Shown: in pieces, positions 1 to 8,076 of the stretch
Layout of the letters: the number at the start of each line of letters is the position of its first letter
Numbering within the stretch: the stretch's first letter is position 1
Made by a program: the position numbers and the translations under genes
From: an uncultured Oscillospiraceae bacterium
GTDB lineage: Bacteria; Bacillota; Clostridia; Oscillospirales; Oscillospiraceae
Length of the DNA stretch: 32,000 bases
Assembly: GCA_934631005.1 (NCBI GenBank)
Contig: CAKTXA010000010.1
Coordinates: 33,745 to 65,744, forward strand
Direction: 5' to 3'
The notes under the pieces: generated by a model
What the model saw: only the letters and a program-made list of their open reading frames with translations
What the model was told of the DNA's origin: nothing
Databases searched by the model: none

Positions 1-1
1 C

Positions 2-892
2 AACTGCGAGCGGCACATCTCCACGCAGCAGTCGATCGCGAACGCCCCGTGCGCGAGCGCGTGGCACGCGCTGGGCGCGCAGCGGGTGGTGCTGGCGCGC
101 GAGCTGTCGCTGGACGAAATTCGCGTCATCCGCGCGCAGACACCGCCGTCTTTGGAGCTGGAGGTGTTCTGCCACGGCGCGATGTGTGTGTCGTATTCTG
201 GCCGGTGCCTGCTCAGCAACTACATGACCGGGCGCGACTCCAACCGCGGCGCGTGCGCGCAGCCGTGCCGGTATGAGTATGCGCTCATGGAGGAAAAGCG
301 CCCCGGGGAGTATTTCCCCGTGTTTGAGGACGAAAAGGGCACGTATATTATGAATTCGCGCGACCTGTGTATGATCGACCATCTGGACGATCTCATGGAC
401 GCGGGCGTCGACTGCCTGAAGATCGAGGGGCGCGCCAAATCGGCGTATTACGCCGCGATCGTGACGGGCGCGTACCGCCACGTGCTGGACGATGTGGCCG
501 CCGGGCGGCCGGCCGCCCCGGTCTGGCGCGACGAGGTCGAGCACGTGTCGCACCGGCACTATGCCACGGGCTTTTTCTACGGCCAGCCGGGGCAGTATAC
601 GGAATCGTCGCGTTATCTGCGCAACTGGCAGATCTGCGCAGTGGTGGAGTCGTGCGATGAGCAGGGGAACGCCGTTTTGAGCCTGCGCAACAAGTTTGCA
701 CGGGGCGACACGGTGGAGCTCGTCGGCCCGGACTGCAAGCCGTTTTCGTGGACGGTTGGCGCGATGGAGGACATGGACGGCCTGCCTCTCACTGAGCCGC
801 GTACCCCGCAGATGCGCTTCCGCGCCCAGCTGCCGCACTACGTCCCGCCCCTCTCCTTCGTCCGCCACGCCGTGGATCTGTCGGCTGAGTGA
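2..892 (+). CDS. Peptidase U32 family protein (collagenase-like), 5' end truncated by the window edge
   Basis: The frame is open from the window start (NCERHISTQQ... precedes the listed Met). It carries the U32 signature EVFCHGAMCVSYSGRCLLS and the CLKIEGR motif. Stop codon is at 890-892. Confidence 0.85.
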   Translation, partial: NCERHISTQQSIANAPCASAWHALGAQRVVLARELSLDEIRVIRAQTPPSLELEVFCHGAMCVSYSGRCLLSNYMTGRDSNRGACAQPCRYEYALMEEKRPGEYFPVFEDEKGTYIMNSRDLCMIDHLDDLMDAGVDCLKIEGRAKSAYYAAIVTGAYRHVLDDVAAGRPAAPVWRDEVEHVSHRHYATGFFYGQPGQYTESSRYLRNWQICAVVESCDEQGNAVLSLRNKFARGDTVELVGPDCKPFSWTVGAMEDMDGLPLTEPRTPQMRFRAQLPHYVPPLSFVRHAVDLSAE

Positions 893-989
893 AGAAGAAC
901 CCAGACTTCTCGAATGAGGGAGCCTGGGTTTTGCTATTTTCTGTAATGCAGGGGGAAGGGCTTTACCCTCTCGCTGACATGTACCATCG

Positions 990-1046
990 TTCTTTTGCGG
1001 CAGCGCCGATTTGTAGGGGTGCCCTTGGCTTCCCCTGGGGGAAGCT
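990..1046 (+). repeat. Copy A of a GC-rich intergenic repeat (one arm plus the apex hairpin GCTTCCCC-TG-GGGGAAGC)
   Basis: By hand alignment, about 49 of 57 positions match the reverse complement of 5810-5866, including the shared strings TTCTTTTG, GCCGATTTG and TTGGCTTCCCCTGGGGGAAGCT. Confidence 0.75.
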
Positions 1047-1290
1047 GTCTGCGGAGCTTTGCTCCGCAGACTGATGAGGGCCGGGGAGCAGTTACGTTTA
1101 GCTGAGCATGCGAAGCTATGTTTCAGTGCTCCCCGGCCCTCATCCGGCTCGCTGCGCTCGCCACCTGTCCCTACCCTCTTTGTCCCTTCGGGACATTTCC
1201 CCCTGATAGGGGGAATCGGCCCCGAGGGGAAGGCAGTGGGTGCATCCCGCGCCGCGGTGCGTGCAAAAGCCACAGCTGCCAACCATTTAA

Positions 1291-1329
1291 AAGAGCCTTC
1301 CCCGAATGGGGAAGGCTCTTCCTCTTTTC
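1291..1329. terminator. Bidirectional intrinsic terminator between the U32 gene region and the NlpC/P60 gene
   Basis: An 11-13 bp stem, (AA)GAGCCTTCCCC / GGGGAAGGCTC(TT), closes a GAAT loop. On the + strand it is followed by CCTCTTTTCT. On the - strand it is followed by TTTTAAAT. It lies about 10 nt beyond the - strand stop codon at 1330-1332. Confidence 0.6.
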
Positions 1330-2634
1330 TCAGCCGATGATGCGGCGGGCGCCAATGTATTTGTTGACGTAGTACGTCTGATCCAGCGAGTCCACACGCA
1401 CGCCGGAGGACGGGGTGGAGGCGTGGACGAAGTTACCGCCGCCGATGTACATGCCGACGTGGTCGGCATAGCCGCCGTAGCCGAAGAACACGAGGTCGCC
1501 GACCTGCAGCTCGCTGCGGGAGACGGCCGTGCCCTGCTTCATCTGGCCGTCGGCCGTGCGGTTCATGGAATAGCCATACTGGCCGAGGCAGTAGTACATC
1601 AGGCCCGAGCAGTCAAAGCCCGTGGACGGCGATGCGCCTGCGTATACGTAGGAATAGCCGACGAACTGCATCACGAAGTTCGCGATCTCCACGCCCGCGC
1701 CGCTGCCGCTGACGTCGATGGTCTGCGACGCGCCGGAGCCGTCGCGCAGGTAGCCGCCGTGGACGTAGGCCACATGGCCCTCGTAGTTGATGCGGTACCA
1801 GCCGTTGGAGCACTTGCCGGTGATATTCACGGCGTCGCCGCGCGTGAGCGTGCCGACGGCGGTGCTGTCGGACGTCCAGGAGTCGCGGACATTCAGCCGG
1901 TCGGTGTCAACGTAGAGCGTGTCGGTGTAATCCTTGACGCTCACATCGTCGGCATCATATCCGTCGGCCTGCACCTTGGCGCTGAGGACGAGACCGTAGT
2001 AATATTCGTTCACGCCCTTGTACGCGCGCAGGAACATCGCCATGGCCTCCTGCCGGGAGGTATAGCCCGCGGGGTTGAGGACGCTGCCGCCGTCAACAGC
2101 GGTGCCGTAGACGTAGCCGCACTTGTAGCAGATGCGCGCCGCATCGTCCGCCCATGCGGAGACCTGCGCATAATCGAGAAACTTGGACATATCCGTCCCG
2201 TCCGCGCTCGGGCGGAACGCCGCCGCGTTGCAGAAGTTCAGGATGATCTGGAAAAACTCCTGCCGCGTCAGCTTCTGGTCAGGGCGGAACGTGCCGTCGG
2301 GATAGCCGGAGACGATACCGGCCTCATACGCCTGCAGGATGACGGTATCGCTCGTGTCGGAAAAATAATCCGTGCGGGAGGGCTCGATGGAGTCCTGCGT
2401 GATCTTTTCGAACGCGTGCACCGCCAGACGGCACATCTCGCCGCGCGTGATCTCCTTTTTGAGGTCATAGCCCGCAAACGAGTCCGGGATGAGTCCCAGT
2501 GTGTTCATTTCCGTAAAGTCGCCGGTGAACCAGCTGCTGTAGCCCGCGACGTTCACGCCGTAGCACACGCCCGCGAGCGAGCAGAGCATACACACGCAAA
2601 GCGCCAGCGCGCAAAGCCTTCGTTGCAGTTTCAA
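1330..2634 (-). CDS. Cell-wall hydrolase with signal peptide, three SLH repeats, an SH3b domain and a C-terminal NlpC/P60 domain
   Basis: The N-terminal signal peptide is MKLQRRLCALALCVCMLCSLAG. SLH-like repeats are present (for example GYPDGTFRPDQKLTRQEF). The SH3b-like segment is LNVRDSWTSDSTAVGTLTRGDAV..GWYRI. The NlpC/P60 core is GFDCSGLMYY...DHVGMYIG. The start is TTG at 2634, preceded by AAGGAGG. Confidence 0.85.
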   Translation of the reverse strand: MKLQRRLCALALCVCMLCSLAGVCYGVNVAGYSSWFTGDFTEMNTLGLIPDSFAGYDLKKEITRGEMCRLAVHAFEKITQDSIEPSRTDYFSDTSDTVILQAYEAGIVSGYPDGTFRPDQKLTRQEFFQIILNFCNAAAFRPSADGTDMSKFLDYAQVSAWADDAARICYKCGYVYGTAVDGGSVLNPAGYTSRQEAMAMFLRAYKGVNEYYYGLVLSAKVQADGYDADDVSVKDYTDTLYVDTDRLNVRDSWTSDSTAVGTLTRGDAVNITGKCSNGWYRINYEGHVAYVHGGYLRDGSGASQTIDVSGSGAGVEIANFVMQFVGYSYVYAGASPSTGFDCSGLMYYCLGQYGYSMNRTADGQMKQGTAVSRSELQVGDLVFFGYGGYADHVGMYIGGGNFVHASTPSSGVRVDSLDQTYYVNKYIGARRIIG

Positions 2635-3396
2635 CTAGAATTCCTCCTTCAGTTCAAGCCCCACCGGGCAGTGGTCGGAGCCCAGGATCTCGTGATAGAT
2701 CGGCGCGGATGCGACGGCATCGCGCAGCCGGTCGGAGACGAGAAAATAGTCGATCCGCCACCCGGCGTTCTTCTTCCGCGCGTGAAAGCGGTAGCTCCAC
2801 CACGAGTACGCCCCGGTGAGCTCCGGATTGCGCCAGCGGAACACATCGGTAAAGCCGGCGGCGAGCAGCTGCGTGAATTTTTCGCGCTCTTCGTCGGAAA
2901 AACCGGGGTTTCCGCGGTTGGGGCCGGGATTTTTCAGGTCGATCGGTTCGTGCGCCACGTTCAGGTCGCCGCAGGCGATCACGGGCTTTTTTGCGTCGAG
3001 CGATCGCAGGTGCTCGCGGAACGCGTCGTCCCACGCCATGCGGTGGTCAAGGCGTTTTAAGTCCTCCTGCGCGTTCGGCGTGTAGCAGGTGACAAGGTAA
3101 AAGCGGTCAAACTCCAGCGTGATGAGGCGGCCTTCGCCGTCCAGCCGCTCGTCGCCGATGCCGTATTGGCTGGACAGCGGCTCGTGCTTTGTAAACACAG
3201 CCGTGCCGGAGTAGCCCTTTTTCTCCGCCGAGTGCCAGTACTGCCGGTAGCCCGGCAGGTCGAGCGCCAGCTGATCCGGCTGCATTTTTGTCTCCTGCAG
3301 GCAGAAGAAGTCGGCATGCACGGTTTGGAAAAAATCGAGGAAGCCCTTGCCCATACAGGCGCGCAGCCCGTTGACGTTCCAGGAAATAAACCGCAT
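2635..3396 (-). CDS. xth: Exodeoxyribonuclease III (AP endonuclease)
   Basis: The N-terminus MRFISWNVNGLRA...FFCLQETK and the C-terminal SDHCPV motif are typical of the ExoIII/Xth family. The RBS AAAGGAG lies upstream of the ATG at 3396. Confidence 0.9.
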   Translation of the reverse strand: MRFISWNVNGLRACMGKGFLDFFQTVHADFFCLQETKMQPDQLALDLPGYRQYWHSAEKKGYSGTAVFTKHEPLSSQYGIGDERLDGEGRLITLEFDRFYLVTCYTPNAQEDLKRLDHRMAWDDAFREHLRSLDAKKPVIACGDLNVAHEPIDLKNPGPNRGNPGFSDEEREKFTQLLAAGFTDVFRWRNPELTGAYSWWSYRFHARKKNAGWRIDYFLVSDRLRDAVASAPIYHEILGSDHCPVGLELKEEF

Positions 3397-3510
3397 GACG
3401 CACGCTCCTTTCTGCCGTGATGATCGGCAAAAAACTCCGAAATCTCTTTCATTATATCAGATTATGACAACCACGGCAAGAGAAAATTTGTTCACAATTC
3501 GTTCTCAATG

Positions 3511-3539
3511 TTGTAAAACGCCGCGGATTATGCTATAAC
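3511..3539 (+). promoter_or_regulatory. Candidate sigma-A type promoter for murT-gatD, with extended -10 and leaderless geometry
   Basis: TTGTAA (3511-3516) is followed by a 17-nt spacer ending in TGC, then TATAAC (3534-3539). The murT ATG at 3546 lies 7 nt after the -10 box, and there is no Shine-Dalgarno sequence between them. Confidence 0.45.
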
Positions 3540-3545
3540 ATCTGC

Positions 3546-4916
3546 ATGAAACTCAGAACGATCCTCGCGGTGGCGGCCTGTAAGCTCAGCCGCCGCATGA
3601 TCCGGCTGCTCGGGCGCGGCGGCACGGATCTTCCGGGACGCATCGCGCTCAAATTGGATCCGAACCTGCTGGGAACGCTGGCAAAGGGCGTGACGACGCT
3701 GATCGTCACGGGCACCAACGGCAAGACCACGACCTCGCGCATGATCGAGCAGTCGTGGAGCGCCGCGGGAATCTCCTTCTTTGCTAACAAAACCGGCGCA
3801 AACCTGCTGAGCGGTGTGACGGCGGAGTTCGCCGCCAACAGTACCCTCACCGGCCGCTGCCGCTATACGCACGCGCTCATCGAGTCCGACGAGGCGGCGT
3901 TCAAGGCCATCAGCCGCTACGTGGATGCAAAGGGCGTGGTGGTGACGAACGTGTTCCGCGACCAGCTCGACCGCTACGGCGAGGTGACGCACACGCTGGA
4001 GAACATCCTCATCGGCATCCGCAACAGCAAAAACGCCGTGCTGGCGCTGAACGCGGACGATTCTCTGTGCACGTCCATCGCGGATCAGGTGGAAAACCGC
4101 GTGATCTTCTATGGCGTGGATACGCCCATCTACGCCACGCGCGTGGACGAGCTGTCGGACGCACCGTACTGCATCCGCTGCAAGCATGAGTATGTCTACG
4201 ACTACGTGACCTACGGCCATCTCGGCGGCTACCGCTGCCCGGCGTGCGGCTATGCCCGCCCGCAGCCGCAGGTCGCGGTGACGGAGGTCGTGCGGTCGGA
4301 CAGCGAGTGCTCGCAGGTCGTTTTCTCGGTGGACGGGCTGCGGCTGGACGCCACGATCTGCCTGCCGGGCGGCTACAATATCTACAACGCCTGCGCCGCC
4401 ATGGCGGCGGGGAAGCTGCTGGGGCTGGACGCCGCGCGCACAGCAAAGTCGCTCGGCGAGTTCACCTGCGGCTTCGGCCGGATGGAGAAGTTCGTGCTGA
4501 ACGACACGCCGGTGCGCATGAGCCTGATCAAAAACCCCGCGGGGTGCAATCAGGTGCTCAACTTCCTCACGCAGCAGAAAGAGCCGTTCGTGTTCGCCAT
4601 CTGCCTCAACGACCGCGCGCAGGACGGGCGCGACGTGAGCTGGATCTGGGACGTGGACTTCGAGCGCCTGACGGCGATGGAGGGCGTTCTGCAGGAGATC
4701 TACGTCTCCGGCTGCCGGGCGGAGGATATGGCGCTGCGGCTCAAGTACGCGGGCTTCCCGGCGGAGCGGCTGCACGTGCAGAAGAATTACGCCGCGCTCA
4801 TCACCGACATGACCGCGTCCAAGCGCCCGGTCATCGTCATGCCGACCTACACCGCCATGCTCGAGCTGCGCGGGACGATCAGCAAGCGGTACGGCTACCG
4901 CGAATTCTGGCAGTGA
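3546..4916 (+). CDS. murT: Lipid II isoglutaminyl synthase subunit MurT (Mur ligase family)
   Basis: It has the GTNGKTTT P-loop and the N-terminal motif GRGGTDLPGRIALKLD, as in characterised MurT. It also has the Cys4 ribbon CIRC...CPAC and a C-terminal DUF1727-like region. It is immediately followed by gatD. Confidence 0.88.
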   Translation: MKLRTILAVAACKLSRRMIRLLGRGGTDLPGRIALKLDPNLLGTLAKGVTTLIVTGTNGKTTTSRMIEQSWSAAGISFFANKTGANLLSGVTAEFAANSTLTGRCRYTHALIESDEAAFKAISRYVDAKGVVVTNVFRDQLDRYGEVTHTLENILIGIRNSKNAVLALNADDSLCTSIADQVENRVIFYGVDTPIYATRVDELSDAPYCIRCKHEYVYDYVTYGHLGGYRCPACGYARPQPQVAVTEVVRSDSECSQVVFSVDGLRLDATICLPGGYNIYNACAAMAAGKLLGLDAARTAKSLGEFTCGFGRMEKFVLNDTPVRMSLIKNPAGCNQVLNFLTQQKEPFVFAICLNDRAQDGRDVSWIWDVDFERLTAMEGVLQEIYVSGCRAEDMALRLKYAGFPAERLHVQKNYAALITDMTASKRPVIVMPTYTAMLELRGTISKRYGYREFWQ

Positions 4917-4926
4917 GGTGACGCGG

Positions 4927-5655
4927 ATGGAACTGAAAATTTGTCATCTGTATCCCGACGTTTTGAACCTGTACGGCGACCGGGGGAACATTTTGTGCAT
5001 GGAGCAGCGCCTGCGCTGGCGCGGGCTGGACGTGGAGACGACCGGCGTTCCCATCGGCGAAAAGCTGCACGCGGCGGACTTTGACCTGTTTTTCATCGGC
5101 GGCGGGCAGGATTTTGAGCAGGCAGTGCTGCTGGGCGATCTGGGGGGGGAAAAGACCGCTGAGATCAAGGCCGCCATCGAGGATGAAAAGCCGTTCCTCG
5201 CCATCTGCGGCGGCTATCAGATGCTGGGGCAGTACTATAAGACGTGGGACGGGCAGCAGTGCGATTTTACCGGCGCGCTGGACCTGTACACCGTCGGCTC
5301 CAAGCAGCGGATGATCGGCAATTACCTGTTCACCTGCGACGAGCTGAACGAGAGGATCGTCGGGTTCGAGAACCACTCGGGTAAGACGTATCTCGGCAGC
5401 GGCGTGCGCCCGATGGGCCGCGTGCTGGCGGGCAACGGCAACAACGGCGAGGACAAGACGGAGGGCGCGCGGTACAAAAACGTGTTCGCCACGTACTCGC
5501 ACGGCAGCCTCCTGCCGAAAAACCCCAGGCTCTGCGACCACATCCTGCTGACGGCACTACGCCGCAAATACGGCGAGGATGTGACGCTGGCGCCGCTGGA
5601 CGACACACTGGAAAATGCCGCGCATGACGTTATGTGCCGGAGATTGGAAAAATAA
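4927..5655 (+). CDS. gatD: Lipid II isoglutaminyl synthase glutaminase subunit GatD (CobQ-type amidotransferase)
   Basis: MELKICHLYPDVLNLYGDRGN, FFIGGGQD, AICGGYQMLG (catalytic Cys) and GFENHSGKTY all match GatD. The start ATG at 4927 is preferred over GTG at 4918 because GAGGTG lies 6 nt upstream of it. Confidence 0.88.
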   Translation: MELKICHLYPDVLNLYGDRGNILCMEQRLRWRGLDVETTGVPIGEKLHAADFDLFFIGGGQDFEQAVLLGDLGGEKTAEIKAAIEDEKPFLAICGGYQMLGQYYKTWDGQQCDFTGALDLYTVGSKQRMIGNYLFTCDELNERIVGFENHSGKTYLGSGVRPMGRVLAGNGNNGEDKTEGARYKNVFATYSHGSLLPKNPRLCDHILLTALRRKYGEDVTLAPLDDTLENAAHDVMCRRLEK

Positions 5656-5660
5656 AAGAG

Positions 5661-5695
5661 AACCGGGAGAGAACATGTTCTCTCCCGGTTTTTTA
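5661..5695 (+). terminator. Intrinsic terminator of murT-gatD
   Basis: The stem AACCGGGAGAGAAC / GTTCTCTCCCGGTT is perfect over about 12-14 bp and is followed by a T-run. It starts 6 nt after the gatD stop codon. Confidence 0.85.
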
Positions 5696-5783
5696 ATGCC
5701 CGTTCACTTTGACGTACGTATTTAGTCGTAACATAGGGAAGAAGCTTGCCTCTCCCGTTGGTACGCAGTATCGTTCCTTTGTT

Positions 5784-5866
5784 GCAGTGCCGGTTTGTAG
5801 TGGGCCCATAGCTTCCCCCAGGGGAAGCCAAAGGGCCCTCAGCAAATCGGCACTGCCCCAAAAGAA
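5784..5866 (-). repeat. Copy B of the GC-rich intergenic repeat, here a complete long imperfect palindrome
   Basis: GCAGTGCCG (5784-5792) pairs with CGGCACTGC (5848-5856). GGGCCC pairs with GGGCCC. The apex hairpin is GCTTCCCC-CA-GGGGAAGC. The segment 5810-5866 is the inverted homologue of 990-1046. Confidence 0.75.
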
Positions 5867-5902
5867 TGGCGGCGCGTACCAGAGGGCGGAGTGCATGTGT
5901 GG

Positions 5903-5930
5903 AAAAATCAGGCAGCATTGCTGCCTGATT
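5903..5930 (-). terminator. Intrinsic terminator of the dac-udg transcription unit
   Basis: An 11-bp stem, AATCAGGCAGC / GCTGCCTGATT, begins 2 nt beyond the udg stop codon. On the - strand it is followed by TTTTT. Confidence 0.75.
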
Positions 5931-5932
5931 CT

Positions 5933-6514
5933 TTATCCCTGTTCATACACCTCCGGGCACACTTCGCGGATCTTGGCGCGCAGGCCCAGGAGGTCGCGGA
6001 AGGTGTCGGGGCGTTTTGTTTCGTCGCGCAGGAGGGCGGAGGGGTGATAGAGTGCCATGAGCCAGACGCCGCTTTTCTGCGTCCACTGGCCATGCTCGCG
6101 CGTGATGCGGAAGTCCTCGCGGATGAGCTTCATGGCCGCGATGCGCCCGAGGCAGACGATGATCTGCGGGCGGAGCAGCCGCACCTGCTCGCGCAGGTAG
6201 CCGATGCACGCCTCCTGCTCGACCTCCAGCGGGTCGCGGTTATGCGGCGGGCGGCATTTGACGATGTTGGCGATGTAGCAGTTTTTCGCGCGGTCCAGGT
6301 CGATGATGGAGAGCATATCATCCAGAAGCCTGCCCGCTGGGCCGACGAACGGCTCGCCGCGCAGATCCTCCTGCTCGCCCGGGCCCTCGCCCACAAACAG
6401 CACGCGCGATGTCTCACAGCCCACGCCGAACACAACGTTCGTGCGCGTCTGGCACAGGGGACAGGCGGTGCAGGCAAGGCACTTTTCACGCAGCTGTGCA
6501 AGATCCATCGTCAT
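5933..6514 (-). CDS. Uracil-DNA glycosylase, family 4 (4Fe-4S type)
   Basis: It carries CLACTACPLC, VLFVGEGPGEQED, PFVGPAG and HPS motifs typical of family-4 UDG. Its ATG overlaps the upstream stop codon in an ATGA arrangement. Confidence 0.88.
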   Translation of the reverse strand: MTMDLAQLREKCLACTACPLCQTRTNVVFGVGCETSRVLFVGEGPGEQEDLRGEPFVGPAGRLLDDMLSIIDLDRAKNCYIANIVKCRPPHNRDPLEVEQEACIGYLREQVRLLRPQIIVCLGRIAAMKLIREDFRITREHGQWTQKSGVWLMALYHPSALLRDETKRPDTFRDLLGLRAKIREVCPEVYEQG

Positions 6515-7926
6515 TCCTCCCGGTCATAGTCGCCGCGGTCCATGCGGTCGAGCTTGCGGCGGCGCAGCTCCAGCCATTTTTCCCGCTGCCGCTTGCGGCG
6601 GATGGCCAGCAGCACGAGCAGCACCAGAAACGCCGCCACGGCCAGCACGATCAGCACCACGAGCCATTTCCACCAGTTGTGCTGGATATACGACGCCGTC
6701 GACGCACCCGCCGCCGCGATCTCCGATTTGGCGACGTCCGTGATGGCGACAAGGTCGGTCGTGGCGTAGCTCTCGCCGTTAAAGAGGACCTCCGCCGTGC
6801 CGTGGCTGCTGCCGGCGGCGACCGGCGCGTCCACCGCCCCGGCGTCCAGCGTCAGCTTCGTCTCCAGCAGCGCGGGGTCGTAATTTTTCGGCAGCAGGAT
6901 GCGGATCTCGTCCTTCGGCGCGAGGGCGACGTATTCCGAACCCGCGGAGTTGTTGATGGCGATCTGCGTAACGGGGTAGAGCGGCGAGAGCGCCGTGACG
7001 TAGGCGAAGTTGTCAAAGCCGTACTGGAACAGGCGGATGGTCTCGGGGAAGCTGCGCATGATCACATCGCCGCTCTCGGCCACCTCCGTCGGCGCGCCGC
7101 ACACCACGCTCAGAAAATACATCCCGTCGCTCTTCGCCGTGGACACAAGGCAGCGCCCGGCCTGACTGGTATAGCCGGTCTTGATGCCGGCAGCCTTGCT
7201 GTAGTAAAAGCCGTTGCTCGTATCGTCGCGGATGAGCTGGTTCGTGGTGGTCAGCTCACGCTCGGCGGAGAGATTCGTGGCGGGCATAATGTAGGTGGCG
7301 GTGTTCGTGATCTGCTTGAAGGTCTCGCTCTTGAGCGCCGCCTGTGCGATGCGCACCATGTCGCGCGCGGTGGTGTAGTGGTCGTCGTCATGCAGGCCGT
7401 GGGGGTTGCAGAAGTGCGTGTTCTCACAGCCGAGCTCATAGGCGCGCTCGTTCATCATGCGCACAAAATCGGGGATGGACCCGGCGATATACTCCGCGGC
7501 CACATTGCTGGCCTCGTTGCCGGACATGAGCATCATGCAGTAAAGAAGATTCTCGACCGACAGCTGCTCGCCCACAAGAAGCCCCGCCGTACTGCTGCTG
7601 CCGTCGATGTCGTGGAAGGCGGACTCGTCGACCGTGACCGTGTCGGACAGGTTGCCGTTTTCCAGCACCAGCAGGCAGGTCATAATTTTCGTCAGGCTCG
7701 CGGGATAGACGCGCTCGTCTTGGTTCTGCTCATAGATGACGCGGCCTGTGTTGAGGTCGACGAGCATCGCGGCCTTTGCATCCACCGTAAACGGCTCGGA
7801 AGCGGCCTGCGATGCTTCGGCGGACGGCTCCGCCGCCGTGTCGTCGACAGCACAGACCGGCAGGGAAAGTACCGAAATGAGCATACAAAGCGCGAGAAGA
7901 AGCGGGAGAAGTCTGCATTTTTTCAT
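6511..7926 (-). CDS. D-alanyl-D-alanine carboxypeptidase (serine type, PBP5-like) with a C-terminal membrane anchor
   Basis: It has a signal peptide, the SxxK motif in ASLTKIMT, the SGN motif in MSGNEA, and KTGYT. A C-terminal TM helix is followed by a highly charged tail. Confidence 0.88.
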   Translation of the reverse strand: MKKCRLLPLLLALCMLISVLSLPVCAVDDTAAEPSAEASQAASEPFTVDAKAAMLVDLNTGRVIYEQNQDERVYPASLTKIMTCLLVLENGNLSDTVTVDESAFHDIDGSSSTAGLLVGEQLSVENLLYCMMLMSGNEASNVAAEYIAGSIPDFVRMMNERAYELGCENTHFCNPHGLHDDDHYTTARDMVRIAQAALKSETFKQITNTATYIMPATNLSAERELTTTNQLIRDDTSNGFYYSKAAGIKTGYTSQAGRCLVSTAKSDGMYFLSVVCGAPTEVAESGDVIMRSFPETIRLFQYGFDNFAYVTALSPLYPVTQIAINNSAGSEYVALAPKDEIRILLPKNYDPALLETKLTLDAGAVDAPVAAGSSHGTAEVLFNGESYATTDLVAITDVAKSEIAAAGASTASYIQHNWWKWLVVLIVLAVAAFLVLLVLLAIRRKRQREKWLELRRRKLDRMDRGDYDREE

Positions 7927-8076
7927 AAGAATACTCCAAAATCCCCGGGCGGTCTTGCCGAACCGGGCTGAATTGTGTTAAAATAAATGAGCCGGCGCAG
8001 ACGGTGCGCCGCGCGCCGGTTTCTGCTATTATATAACAGACTGCGGCGCTGTGTCAAATCGTGCGGAGGTGAGCGG

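Noticed and set aside
1071-1144. CTGATGAG at 1071-1078 resembles the conserved hammerhead ribozyme core.
   Set aside because: The GATGAG bases are themselves paired with CTCATC in a simple 17-bp hairpin. No GAAA element or cleavage-site helix follows where a hammerhead fold requires them.
889-1372. Small ORFs lie inside the repeat-rich gaps: 889-1074, 1059-1340 and 1118-1372 (+), and similarly 5709-6047 (+), 5322-5918 (-) and 5693-5896 (-).
   Set aside because: They have no ribosome-binding sites. They run through hairpin and terminator sequences and overlap the ends of real genes. Their sequences are just translations of the GC-rich repeat.
1306-3060. Long ORFs in the six-frame track lie opposite or out of frame to recognised genes. 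Examples are 1306-3060 (+), 3528-4775 (-), 6409-7971 (+), 9421-10638 (-), 11532-12734 (+), 11584-12819 (-), 13415-14476 (-), 15881-16588 (-), 20480-21676 (-), 22875-24983 (-), 25050-27410 (-), 29364-30380 (-) and 30498-31520 (-).
   Set aside because: Their translations are Arg/Ala/Gly/His/Pro-rich, of low complexity, and lack recognisable motifs or ribosome-binding sites. Each one mirrors a gene with clear family signatures on the other strand or in another frame. These are typical shadow ORFs of high-GC DNA.
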